NCBI GenBank assembly: GCA_035303785.1
Contig: DATGRI010000058.1
Location: forward strand, 2,306 to 66,305
Direction: 5' to 3'
DNA length: 64,000 bases
DNA from: Sphingobacteriaceae bacterium
Lineage (GTDB): Bacteria > Bacillota > Sulfobacillia > Thermaerobacterales > RSA17
Both the position numbers and the translations under genes were made by a program. This document shows positions 21,960-31,059 of the stretch, piece after piece. The notes under the pieces were generated by a model. It was not told the origin of the DNA. It did no database searches and saw only the letters and a program-made list of their open reading frames with translations. The stretch's first letter is position 1. Every line of letters starts with the position of its first letter.

Positions 21960-23648
21960 TCAATGACGGAAATGCCGAACCCCAGTCATCAACATGGCCA
22001 CACCCAGGCGGTCGCAGGCATCCACCACCTCCTGGTCGCGGATGGAGCCGCCGGGCTGCACCACCACCTTCACTCCCCCCTCGGCGGCCACCTCCACCCC
22101 GTCGGGGAAAGGGAAGAAGGCGTCGGAAGCCATGACGGCCCCTTGGGCCGCCTCGCCCGCCTGGGCCACCGCCTGGCGCACCGCATCCACGCGGCTGGTG
22201 CGGGCGGCGCCGATGCCCACGGCCCGCTGGTCCTTCACCAGGACGATGGCATTGGAAGGCAGGTGGCGCACCAGATGCCAGGCGAAGAGCATGTCGTCCC
22301 ACGCCTCCGCCGGGGGCTGGGCCTTGGTCGCCACCCGCCACTGGTCCGGCTGGACGGGCAGGTCATCCTCGTCCTGGAGGAGCACACCCCCTTGGATGCG
22401 GCGCACGTCCCAGCCGGCCAGGCCCACGCCCACGGGTCCCGTGGAGGCGCCGCCGCCCACGGGCCCAGCGCCCGCGGGCCCTTGGCCCGAACCCCCGTCA
22501 TCACCCGACGCAGCCGGCGGCAGGGGCATGGTCAACACCCGCAGGTTGGCCCGTCCCGCCAGGATCTCCTGGGCTTCAGGGGAAACTCCCGGCGCCAGCA
22601 CTACTTCCAGGAAGATGTCCGCCAGCAGCCGGGCCGTCTCCTCGTCGATGACCCGGTTCAAGGCCACGATGCCGCCGAAGATGGAAACGGGATCGGCGTC
22701 CCGGGCGCGGCGGAAGGCCTCGGCCGGGTCGGGGCCGCAGGCGGCGCCGCAGGGGATGGTGTGCTTCACCGCCACCGCCGCCGGCGGCACCAGGGTGCTC
22801 ACCAGGCGCCAGGCGGCCTCGGCATCCTGCAGGTTGTTGAAGGACAACTCCTTGCCCTGCAGCTGCCGGGCGGCGGGCAGCCCCAACTGCCAGCCCGGGG
22901 CCGTGGGGGGTATGGCGGCGTCCCGGTAGACCGCCGCCTTCTGGTGGGGGTTCTCGCCGTAGCGCAGGCCCGCTGTCCGCCGGAGGGGCAGCACCAGCCG
23001 CTGGGGGGGCTCCACCCCGGCCTCACCCGTCTCCCCCGCTTCCTGGCCCAGGGCCGCCGCCACCACAGCGTCGTAGTAGGCGGTGTGGGCGAAGGCCCGG
23101 GCCGCCAGGCGGCGGCGGAGTTCCTCGGAAATACCGCCGGCCCCTCCTTCCTGCAGGGCCTGGATGACGGCCGGATAGTCGTCGGGGTCCACCACCACCG
23201 TGACCCAGGGCCAGTTCTTGGCCGCCGCCCTGATCATGGCGGGGCCGCCGATGTCGATCTGCTCCAGCAGGTCCATGCCCTGGGCGCCGCCGTGCCAGGC
23301 CGTCTCGAAGGGATACAGGTTGACGGCCACCAAATCGATGGCCTGCAGGCCGTGGCGGGCCCAGTCGGCCATGTCCTCTTCCCGGTCCCGCCGCCCCAGG
23401 ATGGCGCCGTGGACGGCGGGGTGCAAGGTCTTGACCCGGCCTCCCAGCATTGCGGGAAAGCCCGTCAGTTGGTCCACGGGCACCACCTGCAGGCCGGCGG
23501 CAGCCAACGCCGCCAGGGTCCCGCCGGTGGAAACCAATTCAAACCCGGCCGCCGCCAGGGCGCGGCCCAAATCTTCGATTCCCCGTTTGTCCGCCACGCT
23601 CAGCAGGGCCCGCCGGACCCGGCCGGCGCCGGCATCGTTAGCGGTCAT
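21960..23648 (-). CDS. purH: Bifunctional AICAR formyltransferase / IMP cyclohydrolase
   Basis: IMPCH N-domain (RALLSVADKRGIEDLGRALAAAGFELVSTGGT, KTLHPAVHGAIL) and AICARFT C-domain (SDAFFPFPDG, GGSIRDQEVVDACD, MLMTGVRHFRH). It contains a G/P/A-rich inter-domain insertion. Confidence 0.93.
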   Translation of the reverse strand: MTANDAGAGRVRRALLSVADKRGIEDLGRALAAAGFELVSTGGTLAALAAAGLQVVPVDQLTGFPAMLGGRVKTLHPAVHGAILGRRDREEDMADWARHGLQAIDLVAVNLYPFETAWHGGAQGMDLLEQIDIGGPAMIRAAAKNWPWVTVVVDPDDYPAVIQALQEGGAGGISEELRRRLAARAFAHTAYYDAVVAAALGQEAGETGEAGVEPPQRLVLPLRRTAGLRYGENPHQKAAVYRDAAIPPTAPGWQLGLPAARQLQGKELSFNNLQDAEAAWRLVSTLVPPAAVAVKHTIPCGAACGPDPAEAFRRARDADPVSIFGGIVALNRVIDEETARLLADIFLEVVLAPGVSPEAQEILAGRANLRVLTMPLPPAASGDDGGSGQGPAGAGPVGGGASTGPVGVGLAGWDVRRIQGGVLLQDEDDLPVQPDQWRVATKAQPPAEAWDDMLFAWHLVRHLPSNAIVLVKDQRAVGIGAARTSRVDAVRQAVAQAGEAAQGAVMASDAFFPFPDGVEVAAEGGVKVVVQPGGSIRDQEVVDACDRLGVAMLMTGVRHFRH

Positions 23649-23650
23649 CT

Positions 23651-24346
23651 TTATGCTTCTGCCTCCTCCGGCACCGGGGGTGCCACATGGACCCGCCGCC
23701 CTTCAACCCGGAGGCGTCCCTGGGCGTACAGCCGGATGGCCTCGGGCAGGAGCCGGTGCTCCACCGCCTGGATGCGGCGATGAAGGGTGCCGGGGTCGTC
23801 TTCGGGCAAGACCGGCACCGCCTCCTGCAGGATGATGGGCCCGGTGTCCATGCCGTAATCGACGAAATGAACGGTGCAGCCGCTCACCTTGACGCCCCAG
23901 TCCAAGGCCTGGGTAGGAGCCTGCAGACCGGGGAAGGCGGGCAGCAGCGAGGGATGAACGTTGATGATCCGGTTGGGAAAGGCGTCCACCATGGGGGCGC
24001 TCAGCAGCCGCATGAAGCCGGCCAGCACCACCAGTTCCACCCGGTGGGCCACCAGCACGTCCCGCAGCTGGCGATCATAGTCGGCCCGGGTGGGCCAGGG
24101 GCCGGGATCCAGCCACAAGGCCGGCACGCCGGCGGCCCGGGCTTTTTCCAATGCCGGCGCATCCCCCTTGTCGGATACCACCAGAACTACTTCCGCCCCC
24201 AGGTCTCCCCGGGCCTGGGCGGCCAGGACCGCCTCCATGTTGCTGCCCCGGCCCGAGGCCAGGACGGCCACCCGCACCGGTTCCCGGGCAGGCCGGCCTG
24301 AATCGGGGGCGCTGCCCTCCTCCCGCTGGGCACCGGCCGTGTTCAT
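23651..24346 (-). CDS. purN: Phosphoribosylglycinamide formyltransferase
   Basis: VLASGRGSNMEAVL, INVHPSLLPAFPG, GCTVHFVDYGMDTGPII. ATG 24346 overlaps the purM stop (ATGA). The longer track ORF is rejected. Confidence 0.9.
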   Translation of the reverse strand: MNTAGAQREEGSAPDSGRPAREPVRVAVLASGRGSNMEAVLAAQARGDLGAEVVLVVSDKGDAPALEKARAAGVPALWLDPGPWPTRADYDRQLRDVLVAHRVELVVLAGFMRLLSAPMVDAFPNRIINVHPSLLPAFPGLQAPTQALDWGVKVSGCTVHFVDYGMDTGPIILQEAVPVLPEDDPGTLHRRIQAVEHRLLPEAIRLYAQGRLRVEGRRVHVAPPVPEEAEA

Positions 24347-25410
24347 GACCAAATCACCTCCGGCTTGCTGTCGGGCGGCGCCTCCTCTACGACGCCGATG
24401 GGCCAGGCGCCTCCCGTCAGGGGCGCCATGGCGGCACAAAATTCTTGGGCTTGGGCTGCCGGCACCACCACGGTGAAGCCGATGCCCAAATTGAAGGTGC
24501 GGCGCATTTCTTCTTCCTCCACGGGACCCAGGCGCCGGATCAGCCGGAAGACAGGCGGCTCCGGCCACGACCCGGCGTGGAGCCGGGCCCTGGTCCCCGG
24601 GGGCAGGGTGCGGGCCACGTTGTCCGTAAGGCCGCCGCCGGTGATATGGGCCATGGCCCGCAGGGAAAAACGGCCCCGGGCGGCTTTGACGGCGCCCGTG
24701 TAAAGGCGGGTGGGCTCCAGCAGCACTGTGCCCAACGGCGCCTCCAGTTCATCGATCTCCGTGGCTAAAGTCCAGCCGGTCCCCGCCAGCAGCACCCGCC
24801 GGGCCAGGGAAAAGCCGTTGCTGTGGAGGCCCGAGGAAGCCAAGCCCACGATGACGTCCCCCGGCTCCACCGACCGGCCGTCAATCAAGTCCCCGGCGGC
24901 CACCCCGCCCACGGCGAAGCCCGCCAATTCCATGTCGTCGGGGCCCATCATGCCGGGCAGCTCCGCCGTCTCGCCCCCCAGCAGGGCGCAGCCGGCCTCC
25001 CGGCAGGCGGCGGCGATGCCCGACACCACCGCTTCCGCCTGGTCCGGCCGGAGCCTGCCCATGGCCAGGTAGTCCAGGAAGAACCAGGGCTCGGCCCCGT
25101 ACACCAAAATGTCGTTCACATTCATGGCCACCAAGTCCCGGCCGGCCCCCTCCAGCCGCCCGGCTTCCCGGGCCAGGAGCAGCTTGGTGCCCACCCCGTC
25201 GGCCGCCGCCAGCAGGATGGTTTCCGGCTGGGCCCCCGGCACCCGGAACATGCCGGCAAAGCCCCCCACCCCGGACACCACCTCGGGCCGGGCGGTGGAG
25301 GCCGCCAGGGCCCGGAACCGTCCCACCAAGCTTTCGGCGGCATCGATGTCGACGCCGGCGGCCCGGTAGGTCACGGGCCGGCGGGCGTCGTCGCCCCGGC
25401 TTTCAGTCAT
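24343..25410 (-). CDS. purM: Phosphoribosylformylglycinamidine cyclo-ligase (AIR synthetase)
   Basis: YRAAGVDIDA, GVGGFAGMF, DGVGTKLLLA, HSNGFSLAR. ATG 25410 overlaps the purF 3' end by 8 nt. Confidence 0.92.
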   Translation of the reverse strand: MTESRGDDARRPVTYRAAGVDIDAAESLVGRFRALAASTARPEVVSGVGGFAGMFRVPGAQPETILLAAADGVGTKLLLAREAGRLEGAGRDLVAMNVNDILVYGAEPWFFLDYLAMGRLRPDQAEAVVSGIAAACREAGCALLGGETAELPGMMGPDDMELAGFAVGGVAAGDLIDGRSVEPGDVIVGLASSGLHSNGFSLARRVLLAGTGWTLATEIDELEAPLGTVLLEPTRLYTGAVKAARGRFSLRAMAHITGGGLTDNVARTLPPGTRARLHAGSWPEPPVFRLIRRLGPVEEEEMRRTFNLGIGFTVVVPAAQAQEFCAAMAPLTGGAWPIGVVEEAPPDSKPEVIWS

Positions 25411-26896
25411 GGGGGTCCCGATCTCCTTCCCGGTTCCCGTCGCCGGCTGCCGGCCCCTGCTCCCCCACCGGGGGGAAGCGGCCGGTGAAGCAGCCGTGAC
25501 AATAGGCATTTTCGTCTTGGCCGGTAACGGCCAACATTCCTTTCAAGGAAAGAAAGTACAAACTGTCGGCTCCCACCAGGCGCCGCATTTCCTCCACATC
25601 CCGGCCGGCCGCCATCAACTCGCCCCGGCGGCCGATGTCCACGCCGAAGGGGCACGGGTGGCGGAAGGGGGGCGAGGTGATGCACAGGTGGACTTGGGCG
25701 GCCCCCGCCTGGCGGACGGCGTTGACCAAGGGCCGGATGGTGCTGCCCCGGACGATGGAGTCATCCACCAGCACCACCCGCCGTCCGGCCACCACGTCCC
25801 GGATGGGGTTCAGCCGCCAGCGCACCCCGGCGGGCACGTAGCGGCCCCGGGGTCCGATGAAGGTGCGCCCCACATACCGGTTCTTCACCAAGCCCAGTTC
25901 GAAGGGGATGCCGGTAGCGGCGCTGTAGCCCATGGCCGCGGGCAGGCTGGCGTCGGGCACCCCCAGGACCACGTCAGCGTCCACCACGTGCTCCTGGGCC
26001 AGCTGCCGGCCCAAGGCCTGGCGGATGGCATAGGTGGAGCGGCCGCCGAAGAGGCTGTCGGCCCGGGCCAGGTAAATCAATTCGAAAACGCAGAAAGCCT
26101 GGGGGGTGTTTTCCAGGGAGGGCAGCCGCCCCCACTGCAGCCCCTGGTCATCGATCCAAACCCAGTGGCCCGCGGGCACTTCCTGGAGGGTGTCGCCGCC
26201 CACGGCATCAAAGGCGCAGCTTTCCGAGGCCAGCAGGTAAGCCTGGTCCAGGCGGCCCAGCACCAAAGGCCGGATGCCGTGGCGATCGCGAAAGCCGAGG
26301 ATGCCTTGGGGGGTGGCGTAGACGGCGGCCATGCCCCCGTCCACTTGGGTGAGGGAGTGGCCCAGGGCTTGGGGCCAGCCGTCGCCCGGAGCCCGGGCCG
26401 CCAGGTGGGCCAGGATTTCCGCGGCGTCGCCGGAGCGGAAGACGGCCCCTTGGGCCTCCAGCCGCTGCCGCAGGGCATCGGCCCCGGCCAAGGCGCCGTT
26501 GATGGCCACGGCCAGGTGGCTGTCCCGGCACCGGACCACCAGGGGCTGCCGGTCCGCCGGCTCCGTGGACTGCTGGACGTGGCCCAGGACGATGGTGCGG
26601 GCTCCCCGGGGACCTAAGGCCAGGTCGGCCAGCTCCTCCCCGGAGAACACGTCGGTGACCAGGCCCCTGCCTCCCAGCCGGGCGAACTGGTCATCCCCGG
26701 GACCCCAGGCGGCCATGCCCGTCCTTTGCTGCCCCCGGTGCTGGAGGGCGAACAAGCCTTGGTAGGCAATGTGAACCCCTTCGGGATGCCCGAAGACGGC
26801 GAACAGGCCCGAGTGGTCCCCGGCGGCGCCCCCGCCGGAGCCCGACCGGGCGCTCCCCGACCCTCCCGCCGGCGGCCTCACTGCCGGGGCGCCCAT
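25403..26896 (-). CDS. purF: Amidophosphoribosyltransferase homologue with non-canonical glutaminase active site
   Basis: The PRTase and Fe-S parts are conserved (VVLVDDSIVRGST, SPPFRHPCPFGVD, YCHGCFTG, FCVFELIY). The position of the Ntn nucleophile Cys reads Ser (DHSGLFAVFG; TCG codon at 26812..26810). GHVRY is replaced by GHVQQ. The start is ATG 26896 or GTG 26881 (GTGA overlap with the purL stop). The 813-aa track ORF is rejected. Confidence 0.85.
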   Translation of the reverse strand: MGAPAVRPPAGGSGSARSGSGGGAAGDHSGLFAVFGHPEGVHIAYQGLFALQHRGQQRTGMAAWGPGDDQFARLGGRGLVTDVFSGEELADLALGPRGARTIVLGHVQQSTEPADRQPLVVRCRDSHLAVAINGALAGADALRQRLEAQGAVFRSGDAAEILAHLAARAPGDGWPQALGHSLTQVDGGMAAVYATPQGILGFRDRHGIRPLVLGRLDQAYLLASESCAFDAVGGDTLQEVPAGHWVWIDDQGLQWGRLPSLENTPQAFCVFELIYLARADSLFGGRSTYAIRQALGRQLAQEHVVDADVVLGVPDASLPAAMGYSAATGIPFELGLVKNRYVGRTFIGPRGRYVPAGVRWRLNPIRDVVAGRRVVLVDDSIVRGSTIRPLVNAVRQAGAAQVHLCITSPPFRHPCPFGVDIGRRGELMAAGRDVEEMRRLVGADSLYFLSLKGMLAVTGQDENAYCHGCFTGRFPPVGEQGPAAGDGNREGDRDPHD

Positions 26897-29727
26897 GGCG
26901 GCTTGACTCCCCGGCCCGGCTCGGGCAGGTGATCGACAGGAGTGGACAACAAGGAGCGGCCCGCCACGGTTACGGCCAACCGCCCGCCGCCGGCGGCGCC
27001 CAGCACCGCAGCCGGGACACCCGCCGACCGGGCGGCCGCCAGCACTTGATCCGCCGCCGCCGGCGGCGTGCTCACCAGCACCCGGGAGGGCCCTTCGCCG
27101 AAGAGCAGGGCTTCGGCGTCGCCGTCCCACTGGTCCGGGGACAGGTCCACCTGCACCCCCAAAGGCCCGCCGGCGGCGGTGCGGCAGGCCCGGGCCAGGG
27201 CGGCGGCCAGGCCGCCCAGGTCTATGCCGGCGGCCGAAGCCAGCAGCCCGTCGCTGTGCAGCTGCTGGAGCAAGGCCCACAGGCGGGCTTCCAAATCCGA
27301 ATCCACTTGGGGCGGGCGGCCCTGCACCCGGCCGTAGCGGACGGCCAGGTACTCGCTGCCTGCCAGGTCGCCGGCCAAGGGCCCCAAGACGAGCACCGCA
27401 TGGCCCGCGGCCAGCCAGCCGGGGCCCAGCACCGGCCGTCCCGGCGGGAGAACCCCCACCACCCCCACCACCGGGGTGGGGTAGACGCCTTGGCCGCCCC
27501 GTTCGTTGTAAAGGCTCACGTTGCCGCCCGTCACCGGCACGTCCAGGCTGCGGGCGGCGGCGCCCATGCCTTCGATGATCTCGGTGAATTCCCACATGAT
27601 GGCGGGATCTTCGGGGCTGCCCAGGTTGAGGCAGTTGGTCAGCCCCAAGGGCTTGGCCCCGGTGCAGGCCACCCGCCGGCCCGCCTCGGCCACGGCGGCG
27701 GCGGCGCCCCGCCGGGGATCCAGCCACGTCAGCCGGCCGTTGCCCGCCAGGGCCACCACCAGATGCTGGCCCGTCCCGGGCACCGGCACCGCCGCCGCTC
27801 CCGTGGCCAGCAAGGTGTTGTCGTCGTGCTTGCCGCCCAGCCAATGGGCTTCCGTCAGGTTGGGGCCCGCCAGCAAATCCACCAGGGCTTCGTCATAGTC
27901 GGTGGAGCCGGCTCCGGCGGCGGCCTCCCCGCCGGCGGGGGCAGGCTCCCAGCGCCGGGCCAGGTCGGCGGGCTCCGCCACAGGCCGCCGGTAGGCCGGC
28001 GCCCCCTCCGTCAGAATGGTGGCCGGCAGGGCCGCCAGTTCCACATCGCCCATGGTCACCCGCACCAGGCCGTGGTCGGCCACCCGGCCGATGCAGGCCC
28101 CGGGCACGTTCCACTGGGTCAGGATTTGCTCCACCTGGGACTCCTTGCCCGCCTTGACGATGAGCAGCATCCGCTCCTGGGTTTCCGAAAGCATGATCTC
28201 GTGGGGGCTGAGGCGGGGCTCCCGGCAGGGCACCAGGTCCAGGTCCAGGTCCACGCCCTGGCCGGCCCGCCCGGCCGTCTCCGAGGCCGCCGAGGTGATG
28301 CCCGCCGCGCCCAGGTCGTTGACGCCCACCAGCAGGTCCGCCTCCATCATGGCCAGGCAGGCCTCCACCAGGCGGCGCTTCAACTGGGGGTTGGCGGCAG
28401 GCACCGTGGTGGGGGGGATGACCTCGTCGTCCAAGCCCCGGGACGAGGCGCTGGCCGCCCGCACCCCGTCGGGCCCCGTGCGGGCGCCCACCAGGTAAAT
28501 GGGGTTGCCCACCCCTTCTGCCCGGCCCCGGAACACCCGGTCCCGGTCCACGAAGCCGGCCGCCAGCACGTTGACCAGGGGCGCGGGGCGGTACCCCTCG
28601 CCGGAAAAGACGCTGGCGGTGAAGGTGGCGATGCCGGTGCCGGCAGCGTAGTCGGCCATGCCCTCGGCCGCCCCCAGCAGGATGTCTTGGTTGTTGCCTT
28701 CCTCCAGGGGGCCTACCCGCAGGGCCCCCGCCAGGAGGGCCGGCCGGGAGCCCACGGCCAGGATGTCCCGGACGATGCCCCCGGCGCCGGTGGCGGCGCC
28801 CCGGTGGGGATCCAGGCTGGAAGGATGGTTGTGGCTTTCACAGCGCAGGGCCACGGCCACGGGGCCGCCCAGGTCCACCACGCCGGCGTTCTCCCCGGGG
28901 CCCAGGAGCACCTGGGGCCCTTCCCGGGGCAGCCGGGCCAGGTGGATGCGGGTGCTCTTGTAGGAGCAGTGCTCCGACCACATGGCTCCTACCATTTCTA
29001 ATTCCAACTGGTTGGGGGCCCGGCCCAGCCCCTGGACCAAATCGTCGTATTCCTCCCGGGTCAGGCCCACGGCCTGCCAGGGCTCCCGGTGGGCCGCCAC
29101 CCGGTCGTAAACTTCCTGCCACCCCGGCTGGGCCTGCTGCTCGGCGAGGGCCAGCCGGAGGGTCCGGGGCGAGAGCTCGCCGGCCAGGAGGAGGGCGCCG
29201 TCTTCCGTGCGGCCGAACTCCAAACGCAGGTGGATCAGGTCCAGGCCCCTTTCCTTAAGGAATGAGCCCAGCACATCGTTGACGGCCAGGGCCACCTGCT
29301 CCAGCCGCTCCACTTCGTCGGGGCCGGCCAGCCCCAGCACCTGCACATGATGGTGGTTGACCAGAACCTCCTGGGACTCGTCCCCCCGGTAATAAAGCTC
29401 CACCACGGGCCGGGGCAGGGTGGAGCCGGGGGTCAGGCCCAGGCGCCGGGCCCAGGGCTCTTCCGCGGCGTTCCGCACCAGCACCGCCAGGGGGATGGGG
29501 GCTGTCCCCTGGACCAGCATCTCCCGGGGGTTCACCCGGGCGATGAAGTGGTTGGGTATGCCGGCTTCCGTCAAAACTTGAAACAGGCGGGCGGAAATCT
29601 CGTTGCCGGCCTCTTCCTTGAAATGAATCAAACAGCGATCGGGCCGGGCCGTGCCGTAAACGATCTTCGCCTCGTCTTCCCGCAGCTTCGGCCTGGCGCC
29701 GGCGTCCGGCGGCGATTGTCTATCCAT
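26878..29727 (-). CDS. purL: FGAM synthase subunit PurL fused to an N-terminal degenerate PurC (SAICAR synthetase)-like domain
   Basis: A single uninterrupted 949-aa ORF with ATG 29727 after GGGGAGGGGGAGGG. Residues ~225-949 are PurL (MWSEHCSYKS, ESHNHPS, GAATGAGGIVRD, MLSETQERMLL, GGNVSLYNE). Residues ~15-215 are collinear with PurC (GIPNHFI, PLAVLVRN, VVELYYRGD, LRLEFG, LAGELSPRTLRL) but lack the YEGKAK and DSATAFNG...GKG segments. Confidence 0.85.
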   Translation of the reverse strand: MDRQSPPDAGARPKLREDEAKIVYGTARPDRCLIHFKEEAGNEISARLFQVLTEAGIPNHFIARVNPREMLVQGTAPIPLAVLVRNAAEEPWARRLGLTPGSTLPRPVVELYYRGDESQEVLVNHHHVQVLGLAGPDEVERLEQVALAVNDVLGSFLKERGLDLIHLRLEFGRTEDGALLLAGELSPRTLRLALAEQQAQPGWQEVYDRVAAHREPWQAVGLTREEYDDLVQGLGRAPNQLELEMVGAMWSEHCSYKSTRIHLARLPREGPQVLLGPGENAGVVDLGGPVAVALRCESHNHPSSLDPHRGAATGAGGIVRDILAVGSRPALLAGALRVGPLEEGNNQDILLGAAEGMADYAAGTGIATFTASVFSGEGYRPAPLVNVLAAGFVDRDRVFRGRAEGVGNPIYLVGARTGPDGVRAASASSRGLDDEVIPPTTVPAANPQLKRRLVEACLAMMEADLLVGVNDLGAAGITSAASETAGRAGQGVDLDLDLVPCREPRLSPHEIMLSETQERMLLIVKAGKESQVEQILTQWNVPGACIGRVADHGLVRVTMGDVELAALPATILTEGAPAYRRPVAEPADLARRWEPAPAGGEAAAGAGSTDYDEALVDLLAGPNLTEAHWLGGKHDDNTLLATGAAAVPVPGTGQHLVVALAGNGRLTWLDPRRGAAAAVAEAGRRVACTGAKPLGLTNCLNLGSPEDPAIMWEFTEIIEGMGAAARSLDVPVTGGNVSLYNERGGQGVYPTPVVGVVGVLPPGRPVLGPGWLAAGHAVLVLGPLAGDLAGSEYLAVRYGRVQGRPPQVDSDLEARLWALLQQLHSDGLLASAAGIDLGGLAAALARACRTAAGGPLGVQVDLSPDQWDGDAEALLFGEGPSRVLVSTPPAAADQVLAAARSAGVPAAVLGAAGGGRLAVTVAGRSLLSTPVDHLPEPGRGVKPPWAPRQ

Positions 29728-29760
29728 GGGCCCTCCCCCTCCCCGGCAGATAGGCGGCGG

Positions 29761-31059
29761 TCACAAGCCCGCCCGGCGGTAAATGTGGTCCATGTGGCGC
29801 AAGGCCCGGGCCGGATCGAAGCATTCCCGGATCTGCTCCTCCGTCAGCTTGTCCCGGATGCGGGGATCCTGCATGACCAGGTCCGGGAACCGGCCCCGCC
29901 CTTCCCAGGCGTCCATGGCCAGGCCCTGGACGATGCCGTAGGCTTCCTCCCGGCTGAGGCCGGCGTCCACCAGAGCCAGCATCAAAGCCTGGGAGTAGAT
30001 CAAGCCGCCGGTCCGCTCCAAGTTGGCGGCCATGGCCTGGGGGTACACGTGCATGCCTTCCAAAACTACGGTCATCAGGTGGAGCATGTAGTCCAGCAGG
30101 ATGGTGGTGTCGGGCAGGATGATGCGCTCCACCGACGAGTGGGAAATGTCCCGCTCGTGCCACAAGGGCTGGTTCTCCAAGGCCGCCAGGGCGTTGCCCC
30201 GCACCACCCGGGCCAGGCCGCTGATGCGCTCGCACAAAACGGGATTGCGCTTGTGGGGCATGGCCGAGGAGCCCTTTTGGCCCGCCCGGAAAGGCTCCTC
30301 CACCTCCCGGGTTTCCGTCTTCTGCAGGTGGCGGATTTCCACGGCCATGGTCTCCAGGCTGCCGGCCAAAATGGCCAGGGCGGCCATCAATTCGGCGTGC
30401 CGGTCCCGCTGCAGCACCTGGGTGGACACCCCCGCGGGCTCCAGGCCCAAGGCCCGGCAGACGTACTCTTCCACCCGGGGGTCCACGGTGGCGAAGGTGC
30501 CCACGGCCCCCGACAGGCGGCCCACGCTGATGGTCTCCCGGGCCCGGACCAGCCGCTCCCGGTTGCGGCCGGCCTCGGCATACCACAAGGCCAGCTTGAA
30601 GCCGAAGGAAATGGGCTCGGCGTGGACGCCGTGGGTGCGGCCCACCATGATGGTGTCCCGGTGCTCCCGGGCGGCGGCGGCCAGAACCTCCCGCAGGCGG
30701 TCCAAGCCTTCCAGCAACATGTCCACCGCTTCCCTTAGGGCCAGGGACAGGGCGGTGTCCACCACGTCGTAGGAGGTGAGGCCGTAGTGGATCCAGCGGG
30801 CGTTGGGCCCCATGACCTCCCCCAGCCAGGTGGTGAAGGCTATGACGTCGTGGTGAACTTCGGCTTCGATGGCGTTGATGCGGTCTTCGTCGAAATATTC
30901 CGGCCGGCGGGCCTTCAAGTCTTCCACCGCTTCAGGGGGTACGTGCCCCAACCGGGCGAAGGCCTCGCAGGCCAGCAGCTCCACTTCCAGCCAGCGGCGG
31001 TACTTGGCCTGGTTGCTCCACAGGGCGGCCATGGCGGGGCGGGAATAACGGGGAATCAT
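29761..31059 (-). CDS. purB: Adenylosuccinate lyase
   Basis: [27 protein letters not shown], and fumarate-lyase signature GSSAMPHKRNP. ATGA overlap with the purE stop. Confidence 0.94.
   Translation of the reverse strand: MIPRYSRPAMAALWSNQAKYRRWLEVELLACEAFARLGHVPPEAVEDLKARRPEYFDEDRINAIEAEVHHDVIAFTTWLGEVMGPNARWIHYGLTSYDVVDTALSLALREAVDMLLEGLDRLREVLAAAAREHRDTIMVGRTHGVHAEPISFGFKLALWYAEAGRNRERLVRARETISVGRLSGAVGTFATVDPRVEEYVCRALGLEPAGVSTQVLQRDRHAELMAALAILAGSLETMAVEIRHLQKTETREVEEPFRAGQKGSSAMPHKRNPVLCERISGLARVVRGNALAALENQPLWHERDISHSSVERIILPDTTILLDYMLHLMTVVLEGMHVYPQAMAANLERTGGLIYSQALMLALVDAGLSREEAYGIVQGLAMDAWEGRGRFPDLVMQDPRIRDKLTEEQIRECFDPARALRHMDHIYRRAGL

Noticed and set aside
25403-27844. The 813-aa longest-ORF version of purF. 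Analogous N-terminal over-extensions occur for purN, purM, pcrB, tsaD, rimI, tsaE, rapZ, glmM, the glmS-like gene and the C26 gene.
   Set aside because: The extra N-terminal residues overlap the upstream gene in another frame, are compositional noise, and precede SD-supported internal starts where the conserved domains begin.
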